NCBI RefSeq assembly: GCF_006345805.1 | Contig: NW_021827568.1 | Span: 1 to 27,771, forward strand | Reading direction: 5' to 3' | DNA from: Octopus sinensis | Taxonomy: Eukaryota | Length of the DNA stretch: 27,771 bases | Part shown: positions 1 to 11,112 of the stretch, piece by piece | Numbering within the stretch: position 1 is the first letter of the stretch | Layout of the letters: each line of letters begins with the position of its first letter | Notes under the pieces: generated by a model | What the model was told of the DNA's origin: nothing | The model's database searches: none | What the model saw: the letters and a program-made list of their open reading frames with translations, nothing else | Position numbers and translations under genes: made by a program

Positions 1-90
1 TTATCACTCTGCTATATATACTTAATGAATTGTAGGAAGTCACCAGATTTAAATGCATCGTGTTCATATATATTTACATATAAATATGTG

Positions 91-146
<56 letters not shown>
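91..146. repeat. (TATC)n microsatellite
   Basis: About 14 perfect TATC units; source of the YLSI-repeat ORF at 53..253. Confidence 0.95.
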
Positions 147-169
147 ACTCCATACATTTGTATAATTAC

Positions 170-490
170 ACGCACAAACACACACACGCACATATATATA
201 TAACCCAACCCACCCCATCCATTACACCCCACTCCCACATACACTATCCATAAAACCTCTCTCACACTCGCCTCACCCACACCTTACACCAACACACAAA
301 ACTACACACCACTACACCACATCTTGCCACACCACACCACATCACACAACCCCGCACACACTAGCACTGACCACTTCCCAGCACCCACACAATCGTCCAC
401 ACACCTACATATTTAAACACGCATACGTCAATGTCTCCAGCCCCCATCCACACGCACATACACGCTCACATATACACACGCACGTGCACC
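170..490. repeat. Degenerate CA/CAC-rich low-complexity tract
   Basis: Strongly C/A-biased, interrupted CA and CAC repeats. Confidence 0.75.
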
Positions 491-599
491 ATCGTTTTGG
501 GATCACCACTACTTTATTATCTCCCCTTCTTCCTAGCGCTCCTGTGTGACCCCTCTGTACGGCATTCACCATGAGAGATCGCTAGCCACTTAACCTTTT

Positions 600-760
600 T
601 TATTTTGTCTCTCTGCTTATTTCTGTGTTCCTTTCTGATGAACAGCGTATGCTCGAAACATAAAAGACTTTCTCACTTCCCTAGCGTGAAACTAATACAT
701 CTGTTTGTTGCTTACATACCCGTCTTCGTCTTTTGTATTTTCGTATTTTCTCACTACATA
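600..760 (+). mobile_element. Short dispersed-repeat fragment, possibly a Penelope-like pLTR piece, carrying a hammerhead motif
   Basis: Contains a hammerhead-like core at 631-666 and is flanked by microsatellites. Minimal hammerheads are characteristic of Penelope-like terminal repeats; the family assignment is inference. Confidence 0.45.
631..666 (+). ncRNA. Degenerate minimal type I hammerhead ribozyme motif
   Basis: CTTT-CTGATGA-(a c AGC gtat GCT c)-GAAA-C-ATA-AAAG. Stem I is CTTT/AAAG, both core boxes are intact and stem II is AGC/GCT. The triplet is ATA rather than GTA. Confidence 0.6.
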
Positions 761-776
761 TATATATATATATACA

Positions 777-808
<32 letters not shown>

Positions 809-959
809 ACAGGACGTGCTAACTACAGGACGTCTTCTATCTTTTCTTTTTTCAAAAAAATATATTTCTCCCAGCATTTGCTATTTTACCCTCGTTCTGA
901 TCTAACGACCTTCCATTGTTTGTTTTCGTTCGGTTTCCTCTCCACTATCCGGTTTTTGT

Positions 960-1200
960 TCCCAACATTGACTGTCCATAAATCCCAAATTTTATTTTGG
1001 TATTTATGGGAGCAGCTGTCTTCGAAGACTCATATTGTCGTTGAGTGCTCGGAATGAGGAGTAGATACACAACCGACAACTAATGAAGGGTCGTTCTTTG
1101 TGTTACTTGTCTCTGTTTTCCATTTTTTCTCTCGCTGTTTGCGTAAATAACTCATTTGTTCTCGAATTTGTATTTACTGTTGGTAACGTCCTGTACCCTT
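960..1200 (-). mobile_element. Dispersed repeat, same family as 6187-6466
   Basis: Reverse complement aligns by eye to 6187-6466 over ~240-280 bp (gggtacag.acgt, aaatggaaaacag, gacccttcat, tatctactcctcatt.cgag, ggatttatgga, gttgggaacaaaa). Confidence 0.75.
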
Positions 1201-1347
1201 ATATGCATATATACCTACATACACACACATGTACACACACACACGCACACACACGCAACACACACACACACCCACACACACACACACACCACACATTATA
1301 TATATATAATATTTATATATATATTATATATATATATAGTCAAGGAG

Positions 1348-1388
1348 TTGCTTTAGCATGACCGCAGTCAAATGATTGAAGCAAAGAG
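1348..1388 (+). mobile_element. 3'-terminal SINE fragment
   Basis: agcatgaccgcagtcaaatgattgaagcaa matches the 3' end of the SINE at 2587-2987. Confidence 0.65.
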
Positions 1389-1749
1389 AGGAAATGCATA
1401 CGTATATACATAAATATAAACTGTCGCAGTTTCTATGTAAAACAGTGATCATAAATAGAGAATTTCCTACTTGTCCAATCATTCTCAGGTGCCAATCCTT
1501 TCTACATACTCGTCACTCTTTATTCATCAGTCAATCTGTTCTGACAGGTAACTCCTGTGGAATACCCAATTTGCTATCGCTTTCCTCCAAACTAAATATA
1601 TTTCCCCTTTGATGCTATTGTTATTAGTCACAAAAACAATAGAAATCGTTGAGCATGTCTCTTCTGTGAGACAATTTCGTTGGTTACATTGACTTCTCCT
1701 GTATTGACTTTGTGCGAACTCCACCAAACGTTATTTACAAGATTTCACT

Positions 1750-1839
1750 TGTGTGTGTGTGTCTGTGTATGTGTATGTGTGTGTGTGTCTGTGTGTGTGT
1801 ACATATATCTATATTTATATCTATATCTATCTATCTCTC

Positions 1840-1875
<36 letters not shown>

Positions 1876-1920
1876 TATATATATATATATCTATATACAT
1901 GTATATATGTATGTATATAC

Positions 1921-1956
<36 letters not shown>

Positions 1957-2071
1957 ACATATATCTATATCTATCTATCTATCTATATATATATATGTAT
2001 GTCTGTATGTATGTCTGTATATATATATATGTATTTATATATGTGTGTGTGTGTCTGTGTGTGTATGTGTG

Positions 2072-2110
<39 letters not shown>

Positions 2111-2115
2111 ATTTG
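1750..2115. repeat. Compound (GT)n/(TATC)n/(GTAT)n/(TA)n microsatellite
   Basis: Directly visible; it generates the CV/YI/YL ORFs at 1680-2154. Confidence 0.95.
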
Positions 2116-2586
2116 TTTGTAATTTTTTCATTTAAAATCATGTACATTATTTAATATTATTTACTTGAATACAGTATATTATGACACACGTGTCATCCCA
2201 TGCTGGATTAGGTGTCTACCATGTCACTGGATTCTGCACGGAAAAGTAGCTAGATTTATTCAAAGCGCCTTCTAATCTTTAAAATGTCTAAGAAATAATG
2301 TATGCATTATAAACATCACGTATTAGAAACTCTTAAATTATTGGATGGCCTAAAACTATGTCTGAGTAAACAAAGGAAACATCTGGATTGTTTAACATAA
2401 GACAAGGTCTAAATTCCTGGAAACGTTTATCAAGTAATGATTGGTTAAAATAAATATAACTGTAAGTCTCCGAAATTTACACCCGATACAGAATAATTCA
2501 CAGCAAAACATTGCATAAATATTAAGAAAAATATTTGAGCATAAATAAGTAATACATGTAAAATGTATTCATCATTTCTTCAAATA

Positions 2587-2987
2587 AGGAGTGGCTGTGT
2601 GGTAAGTAGCTTCCTAACCAACCACATGGTTCCGGGTTCAGTCCCGCTGCGTCGCATCTTGGGCAACTGTCTTCTGCTATAGTGCCGGGCCGACCAATGC
2701 CTTGTGAGTGGATTTGGTAGACGGAAACTGAAAGAAGCCTGTCGTATATATGTATATATATATATATATGTGTGTGTTTGTGTGTCTGTGTTTGTCCCCC
2801 TAGCATTGCTTGACAACCGATGCTGGTGTGCTTACGTCCCCGTCACTTTGCGGTTCGGCAAAAGAGACTGATAGAATAAGTACTGGGCTTACAAAGAATA
2901 CGTCCTGGGGTCGATTTGCTCGACTAAAGGCGGTGCTCCAGCATGGCTGCAGTCAAATGACTGAAGCAAGTAAAATAGGAAAAAGGA
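2587..2987 (+). mobile_element. Full-length tRNA-derived SINE with internal TA/TG microsatellite and 9-bp TSD
   Basis: Pol III A-box-like gtggctgtgtgg and B-box-like ggttcagtccc, CORE-like tcttgggcaactgtcttc, and a tail shared with 10966-11112. TSD cttcaaata at 2578-2586 and 2988-2996. Confidence 0.88.
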
Positions 2988-5083
2988 CTTCAAATATTCA
3001 GGTAATTCTTTAATGTCCGCCAGGCGTATACAGTCTACTGCTACATGCACTATATCGATAGCAAACCGATCTGTCCACCCACCATCCACCAGCAAAAATT
3101 AACCAGCATTTCATATAAAATTCAGTACAAGTTCAATTATAATGGCTGAATAGTTTTGATGAGAGCCAAAAAAGAGACGAGAAATCATACGTGCCAATAT
3201 TGACAGTAAGCGTACCCGACGCAAATTATGGAAAATCTATACAAATTATCGGTCTTTACATTTCAAGTCACGTAACTAAAACAGAATACGGCGGAAAGAA
3301 ACACAGGAGGAATTCTTTTAAATTCTCTATGAATATTTTACAGAAACAATGATCCCCAGTCCAATAAGAAGAAATAGAGAAATAACAAGCTGCAAAAGCT
3401 AACAGGGAAATGTAACACTTGACAGGAGCAGGTTATCGAACTTATGAAGATAAATTTTTAAAACGAAAACCAGACATTAGAAATTGAAATATGAGAGTTA
3501 AATGGAATCATGTGTAATGGAAACACACGTAAAAAGTAATGAAAGAATGATGAAAACTCATGCGAAAATCACAACAAAACTCAATAAAGAAAACGTTCCG
3601 AATGTATACCGCTGAGATATAAGCACCATTTGCAAAATCAATAAATAAATAACAAGACACGTCAATGCAAGTCTTAGAACACCCACGGATAATGACGAAC
3701 GCAAAACTGAGAGAAAATGTAAAACGTAAATAAAAGTATAACTAGAATGGAATGTAAGATTTAAGAATAGGAGTTACAAAGAATAAAATCTTCATTCTGA
3801 CAACTTAAAACTATGCGTAATTCCAAGATTAAAAAGAATAAAAGATCTTCCTATGGCCCCAGGAAGTACACGTATGCACAAAGATCAACGATTAAACAGT
3901 AAAAATAGAAACGAATGATCAAGGTTAGCAGACAAGGCTTCCAGAATTCTTAAACGCAGAAACAAATATCAAAGTAACAAGATAAGATAAATTACTGTTG
4001 CAGTCATTGAGGTTACACAGAAAAAGAGCTTCCTTTTTCCGTTGCACTGAAATAGGAGAAGGAATACTCAAGTCACAAATACGATAAAAAAAAAACTGGA
4101 AAGAAAGAAACATGAAGCTTGTAGGGCCAATCTAACAGTTGATTCGGCAAACAACATCCAAAGGAAACCAGGGAGAACCACAGCACACTCTAAGTTCAAC
4201 TGCTCAGGTCTGGAGATAATTGTCTGCCTAGTATTTGGGTTTGTCTGACAGAAATCAGCACATTAAAAACAAAAAAAACCTGACCCAGTGATGAACAACA
4301 AAAGCTGTCTGGTTAGTAGTCCTATGAAAACCAACAACAAAACCAACCTGCACGCAACCTCTGAAAGTGTCCCTGCTGACATCAGACGAAAAGTGATTAG
4401 TGCAATGGGTTATATATTGCAGTAGAAGCCAGAAAACACGACTGTAAAGCAAAATTCTTATGGTGTGTCTGCGTAAATATAATGTATTCTATATATATGT
4501 GTGTGTGTGTATGTATGCTTGTGTGTCTGTGTGCGTGTGTCAGACTAATTATATATGTCTATAAATATGTGCTTATACCTGTATTGATGTACGCATTCTT
4601 ATATGCCTTAATATACATTCTAAGTAACCAGCACTTACAGTTTATACTTATTCACGTCACGTGTGCTGTAGTGTTTCACCGGTTATCTCCCTTGCAAATT
4701 TTAAGAAGGAAAAGAAAGTAGAAAAGGTTGCCAACGGTTATAACAAAACCAAATTCCATATAACGGAAAACGAAGCAATAAAAACAGAAAGCATAAAGGA
4801 AACGATTTTACAAAAGAAAAAATACTGGCGGATGCATTATTTAAACACGAAGGAAGTTGAATATTAGCGGAATAATTTCCATGTATGAAGGAGTTACTGC
4901 CATCTAAAGATTTAATAATTGCTTAGCGCAAGAAACCAACCGGAACGGTGTTTGTTCTGCGCATGTGCATATTTGTTGCAAGTGGTCAAACAGTTGGTAA
5001 TATCATCTCTCTCTCACTTCCATCTCCCACTCTATTTCTGTTTCTCTATCTCATCCCCTCTCTCCTCTCTCTCCTCTGTTAAC

Positions 5084-5084
<1 letters not shown>

Positions 5085-5116
<32 letters not shown>

Positions 5117-5190
5117 TATCTATATATATATATATATAATATATATATATAATAGAGAGCGGAGAGAGAGAGAGAGAGAGAGAGAGACAA
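5085..5190. repeat. (TATC)n/(TA)n/(GA)n compound microsatellite
   Basis: Directly visible. Confidence 0.9.
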
Positions 5191-5537
5191 GTATATAGAT
5201 AGTAAGTACATAACATACATACTATATTCTACTAAGAATATAAGAATATAAATATTTGTATATATGTACATATATATATATATATATATATTAGATATAT
5301 ATATAACCACATGTATTCATATGAATGTATATATATATGTATGTATATATAGTTATATATATATCGTCATATATATATATGCATATATATGTATATATAT
5401 GATACATACAAAATATTTGTCTGAAGTTATTTATGCGTCACAGATAATGCGTTTTATGTCATATCATTTTTTTTGCTACCATGCGTGTCGATGCCTTACC
5501 ATGTGTGTTTTTGATACATAGATACACACTTACAACA

Positions 5538-5579
<42 letters not shown>

Positions 5580-5893
5580 TATATAATGCATGTATGTATA
5601 CGTCATTAGCTGTGTACGAATGTGCGTGTGTATTGCAATGTTTACGCCTTTTGCAATGCAGAGTCGTACGCATCAGGCGCGTTTTTATTTATGTTTATAT
5701 AAATGGATGATTGAGCTAGAATAATTTGTGTCTACTCATGTGCCCGTGCACCTATCTCCCCATTTCGTGTTTTTGTTCTCCCTTACCTTGATTTGGCTTA
5801 TAAACGCACAAACCTGATATATATACGCACGCACACATTACACACATATCTATATATATCGTGCGTATCTATCGATTTTTCTCTTTTCGTACC

Positions 5894-5962
<69 letters not shown>

Positions 5963-6117
5963 ATATATATTTATATCTGTGTCTATATAGAATGTGCGTG
6001 TAAATATATATATAAATAACTTACCTGGGAATGGATGCGATCGTGGCGTCAATTAAATAAATATAAATTCATACATGAAATATTATATATACATTAATAT
6101 ATATATGATTATATATG

Positions 6118-6176
<59 letters not shown>

Positions 6177-6186
6177 CATGCATATA

Positions 6187-6466
6187 TGGGTACAGACGTC
6201 AGCAATGCTGCAGATAATTTACACACGGGAGATACAAGTCGTCGACAGTAATTGCAGCACAAAAAGGAATAAAATGCGTAAACAACGAGAAAAATGGAAA
6301 ACAGGACAAGTTAACACGGGGAAAGGACCCTTCATAAATTGTCGGCTATCTATCTACTCCTCATTTCGAGTATTCAAACGATTATATCAGTCTTCAAAGT
6401 CAGTAGCTCCCCTAAATTCTAAAAGAAAATTTAGGATTTATGGAGGGTCAAAGTTGGGAACAAAAT
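6187..6466 (+). mobile_element. Dispersed repeat, same family as 960-1200, opposite orientation
   Basis: Same shared blocks as 960-1200; begins right after a (TA)n tract with gggtacagacgt. Confidence 0.75.
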
Positions 6467-6499
6467 ATATGCATGTATTTCAAGCGTAAGAGAAGCTTG

Positions 6500-6860
6500 G
6501 TTTATAATACGTATCCAGACAGAAGATTATTCCAGAAATTGTGAATGTATGACTATGTCTTAGGTATTCCCTAGTAAAATGAAATGGAAGGTTGACAGAA
6601 TATGTCAATGGCTGAAAGCCTTGTCTCTTATTGCAATTTGAAGGTCCATTCTAAAAATCCAGGACCTGCAATACAGCACATTTCCAATATGGAACTCGAC
6701 CTTCTTTGGCAAAATCTGTAAATACTGGTGAGTGTACATCCATTTTTTAAAAATATTTCATCCATACAGCTTCTCGTTAATTGTAAAATAAGGTGAAATA
6801 TTTCTGAATCAAACACAGATGTGTTCGCGATTTTATCGTAAAATATAGAGACGACATTTT
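6500..6860 (-). pseudogene. Decayed CR1-like LINE reverse-transcriptase fragment
   Basis: Minus-strand VFTDFAKEGRVPY (6725-6687; cf. YLDFAKAFDKVPH), then GFLEWT (6660-6643; cf. GxLLxWI), then GIP (~6570; cf. SGVPQG), at plausible spacing across frameshifts. Confidence 0.5.
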
Positions 6861-7342
6861 CCACATCAGAAACATATTTCTTTATATTTTCCTGATGTAA
6901 AACTGAACAGATTTCACCTCTGCCCTCTGACTATATCCGTCATTCGCAGTGGTTCTCCATATTCACTGTACTCCAGTACTTAGACAGTTCTATGTGCCAT
7001 CTTTTGGTCAGTAGTTCTGTTTAGGCGTGTAACATGTGTACAATATTTTGGCAACCAAAACATCATCAGTGTAAGTCGTTAGATTGTCTGTCGTCCATTT
7101 GCTTGCGTGTGGTTGGATGTGTGTGTGTGTGTGTTTTCTCTCTCTCCTAGTATACACAAAATTAGTAAAAAGTAGTAAAATTTGTGAAAAAAGTGTACGT
7201 AGCGGTATTTAGTTATTGCTTGTTATTTCAACCTGGGTAAATTAACTATATTTATGTAAAAAAAAAAATAGAAAAACGTAAAGAGAGTTCAACGACAATT
7301 GCGACAGAACTAATGCATCCCCAAATGCATCGCCAAATGTAT

Positions 7343-7418
7343 CTGTTTCAGCCTGCAGAAAAGGTATTAGTCATATGCATTGAGGTATATGCAGTTAAAA
7401 TGAGTTACTTATATATAT

Positions 7419-7498
<80 letters not shown>

Positions 7499-7516
7499 CA
7501 AGGCCTCGTCAGAGAT
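7343..7516 (-). ncRNA. Hammerhead-like motif copy A with long (TA)n-containing loop 2; left arm of an inverted repeat
   Basis: Minus strand: ATCT-CTGACGA-GGCCT...(~148 nt)...AGGCT-GAAA-CAG. The 3' side (stem III, triplet, stem I') is decayed. Confidence 0.5.
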
Positions 7517-7872
7517 TATATAGTGCAATTATAAAAATGCAAATATAAATATGAAACAAAATATACATACACAAGAATATATATATATACATAAGTGTAT
7601 ATACATATATATATATATACATATATATAAGTATATGTATAATGATATTCATACACATAAGGTTACAGATAATCAAATATATATACTGGAGTATACATAT
7701 AGATCCACATCAATGGGGACATATACAAAGTTCATCACCTTACCAAAACTATTAATAATATTATTATTATGAATAATACAAATATTAGATTATGTGCATT
7801 CCGCTATTCACAATACATAGTAGATGGAAAATACCACATAGAATATAGTATAATACAATATAGTATAATATA

Positions 7873-7998
7873 ATGACGAGGCCCTGAGATACATAAATAT
7901 ATAAGTAACTCATTTTTAACAGCATATTACCTCAATACATCTGACTAATATAGGCAGAATGAGATACCGTTATCTGCAGGTTGAAACAGCTGTAAGAT
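7873..7998 (+). ncRNA. Hammerhead-like motif copy B with ~95-nt loop 2; right arm of an inverted repeat
   Basis: aTGACGA-GGCC...GGTT-GAAA-CAGCTG-TA-AGAT, with palindromic ACAGCTGT stem III and a GUA triplet. The 5' C and stem I are decayed. Loop sequence is homologous to copy A. Confidence 0.55.
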
Positions 7999-8039
7999 CC
8001 ATTTTATGTGTATTATTCTTATGGTATTATTATCTTACA

Positions 8040-8300
8040 TATTGATGTATATTGTTTTGTTTGTTGGATTTAGATGTTCCTATTTATGTAGTTAATAAAT
8101 TATATGAATTGTTAATATCTGTAAGTCGATGATTGAAATGAATCTGTTCCTCCATTTTTTTATTTGTATTATGTATTTGAGGTAAAATATTTCGCGCATC
8201 GAACACATTAAATAAATAAATTGCATTGCAATTATAAGCATTTATGTATTTGGCATTTGGGTGCTTCACCAGCAGTATATTGGATAACTGATATCCCATA
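8040..8300 (-). pseudogene. Possible very decayed Penelope-like RT C-terminal fragment
   Basis: NILPQIHNT..MEEQ, IDLQI and NPTNKTIYI in different frames weakly resemble the PLE RT motifs HPNIKFTMEEE, FLDI and RKPT..YL. Confidence 0.25.
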
Positions 8301-8331
8301 GTGGGTTACACTCATAACCCGTAGATATATA

Positions 8332-8387
<56 letters not shown>

Positions 8388-8697
8388 ACATATATATGTG
8401 TGTGTGCGTGCGTGTGGGGGTGTATGTGTGTGTGTGCGTGTGTGTGTGTGTGTGTGTTTATGCAGCACGGAATTTTGTCAGTGAACAGGTCGCGGTCTCA
8501 AAGCGACGAAAATATTTTGACAAATTAAATTTAAATGTTGAAGTGAATCTAACGGTACGTGTGTATTTTAAAGTGGCTTATAAACAACTTCCACGCTGCA
8601 ATTGGTTTCGTTCCAGCACACGATTTCAGATCAGGACACTTGCTATGCAAGTACATCTCCGTAAAACACACACACTCACACTCGCACACACACACAT

Positions 8698-8745
<48 letters not shown>

Positions 8746-9051
8746 GCAGACACTCACACACATACTCACACCTACATATATCCATACATAAATATATACA
8801 TATATTCATACGTACATATGTATATATATTTTCTGTTTGTGAATATCTATATTTTAATGAGTAAATGAATAAAGTACACACACACACACACACATATCTA
8901 TATTTCCTGTGCCACCCCATAAATGACATATATGGGTCATCCCATAAATAAAGCAGTTTTTCCAACTGCATGATCTCGAGTCGGAAGGGGACATGATAAA
9001 CAACCAGCATCAACTTGCTATGAAAATAAGCAGTAATTTTACTTTCTCCTT

Positions 9052-9100
9052 ATTCTTAGCAGTTCCGGAAAAGAGATCGATAGAATAAGTATGAGGCTTA
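9052..9100 (+). mobile_element. SINE internal fragment
   Basis: cttagcagttccggaaaagagatcgatagaataagta..aggctta matches 2845-2892. Confidence 0.65.
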
Positions 9101-9104
9101 GTAA

Positions 9105-9138
9105 AAGTGTGTGTATGTGTGTGTGTGTGTGTGTGTGC

Positions 9139-9196
<58 letters not shown>

Positions 9197-9220
9197 TGTG
9201 TGTGTGCGTGCGCGTGTGTT
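9105..9220. repeat. (GT)n microsatellite
   Basis: Directly visible. Confidence 0.95.
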
Positions 9221-9859
9221 TGGGGTGTGGTGGGATTTGTCTGTCTGTATGTTTTGGAATATTTATGAAATCGTGAAACTTGGACTTTGGTGTCAATTTA
9301 CAAAACCCCTGTTTTTAGATCAATATTAATCTAAATCATGCAGAATTTTGTTCTGCTCCTACTCTCTCCAAGATTTCTGTACTACACTATGAGTCTGAAG
9401 ATTGGTGGTACCTTTAGAAAAAAAATAGCACCGGGAAACAAATTCCAAAGGAATTCCAAATTGTTATAGTCCAAGTTAGCATATTGGTGAAGCAACAGAA
9501 CGTTTTATCTATTTTTCATACTATGAATCCATATTAAGAAAACAAAAGGGATAAATTGATTGACCATCGTCTAATTTCCAAGCAAGAATAAACCGAATCA
9601 TTGCAGTGATTGAAGTGAAACATTTCCTGAATTTGAATCGATAATTGCAATCAAAGTTTATTTGTTCTGTTGTCTAAGGAGCATCAGGACGAAGCCAGGC
9701 ATTCAGTTTCTTGCAATCCAAAGAAACGAAATAGAAAAGAAAACTAATGAAATATTTGGTAACAGTTCTAGATCGTTAAGCAGGGTTTTTTTAAGACATT
9801 AGGAGTTTAGAGAAAGGAAAAAGTCAAGATGACAGTATTAGAGTCGCCAGATATTCTAG

Positions 9860-9945
9860 CGAATTCATACAAATTATAGAAGACCGTGGAGATCTTAATG
9901 AATAAATCATGAATGGTGTTGAATCGGGATTCATTATGGCAATAA
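9860..9945 (+). pseudogene. Possible mariner-type transposase remnant
   Basis: 9906-9943 reads IMNGVES/(W)IHYGN with one frameshift, resembling the IVTGDESWIHYxN catalytic motif. This is a single motif and no TIRs were found. Confidence 0.3.
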
Positions 9946-10219
9946 ATACTCAATAAATACCAAATAAAACTTACTTTTTGCAGACAGAATATTACAACCT
10001 AGATTCGATTTCCTAGCGTTTTCATTTTATTTTTATTTTGACATATTTTGGGGATTGAAATATTGATGGCGATTTCAAACCAAACACAATACATCCTATT
10101 CATGTTTAGGGGCGAATTTGTTGCATTTACTTTCAAAATGTGACGAATTTTCGCATCAAAGTGTCATTACCATACATACATATGTGTGTGCGTGTGTGTC
10201 TGCGTGTCTGAGTTTATGT

Positions 10220-10243
10220 GTATATATATATATATATATTATA

Positions 10244-10321
<78 letters not shown>

Positions 10322-10340
10322 ATATATTATATATATATAA
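10220..10340. repeat. (TA)n microsatellite
   Basis: Directly visible. Confidence 0.95.
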
Positions 10341-10470
10341 ATTAAAAAAATAAGGGTGAAAATCGAATATTAATTTGATTAATATAAATTTGATTAATAT
10401 AAATTTAAAATCAGTGGTCTAGCATATAGATGTCCACTTAGTGGTCATTCCTCTTACATGTATATATATG

Positions 10471-10501
<31 letters not shown>

Positions 10502-10649
10502 TATATATACTTAATGTTAATTTGTTACTTATTCATTTGCCCCCCCCCCATTTCTCAGTCTATTTATCTCTGTCTCTGGCTCCTTCTCTTGCTCTAACTG
10601 TTAATTTATGGAGACATAAATGACCTAGCACTGTCTAGTGTTTGAGGGA

Positions 10650-10905
10650 ACAATCAGGAACAGAATGACATACACACAGACACAGAAACAAAAACACACA
10701 CACACACACACGCACGCAGACATACATAGAAATACACTCGCGCAAGCATTCACACACACCTATACGGTGAACTTCCATCGATGACATTCGCTCGTAAATC
10801 ATTGGTCGGTCTGGGACTCTAGAAGAAGACAGATGCCGAAGATGCCAGGCATCGGGACTGAACAAGCAATCACGTAACGCATGCGCAGAGGCACAGTTAG
10901 TCTCC
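10650..10905 (-). mobile_element. Old diverged SINE 5' half, same family as 2587-2987
   Basis: Reverse complement gttcagtcccgatgcctggcatcttcggcatctgtcttc..ccgaccaatg aligns with 2636-2700 and is followed by a TG microsatellite. Confidence 0.65.
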
Positions 10906-10965
10906 CCAACCAAACACACCCATATCTTCCATACAATAATACACACGAAGAAACATTTATACATA

Positions 10966-11112
10966 CCGTTACTTAGCGGTTTGGCAAAAGAGACCAATAA
11001 AATAAGTACTGGGCTTACAAAAGTATAAGTCCCAGGGTCGATTTGCTCGACTAAAGGTGGTGCTCCAGCATGGCCGCAGTCAAATGACTGAAACAAGTAA
11101 AAGAGTAAAAGA
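10966..11112 (+). mobile_element. SINE 3' half, same family as 2587-2987
   Basis: High similarity to 2845-2975 (cttagcggtttggcaaaagagacc...ggtcgatttgctcgactaaagg..gcagtcaaatgactgaaacaag), ending in (aaagagt)x2. Confidence 0.85.

Noticed and set aside
1440-1740. Minus-strand KLGIPQEL resembling RT GVPQG, plus CTGATGA near 1525
   Set aside because: No supporting RT motifs in order and no hammerhead stems.
3120-4200. A-rich stretch with LHSDNLKL (~3790) that might be a very old LINE
   Set aside because: Only one degenerate motif, and clade signals conflict.
6355-6380. PHFEYS resembling the CR1 PHLEY motif
   Set aside because: Falls inside the non-coding dispersed repeat shared with 960-1200; coincidental.
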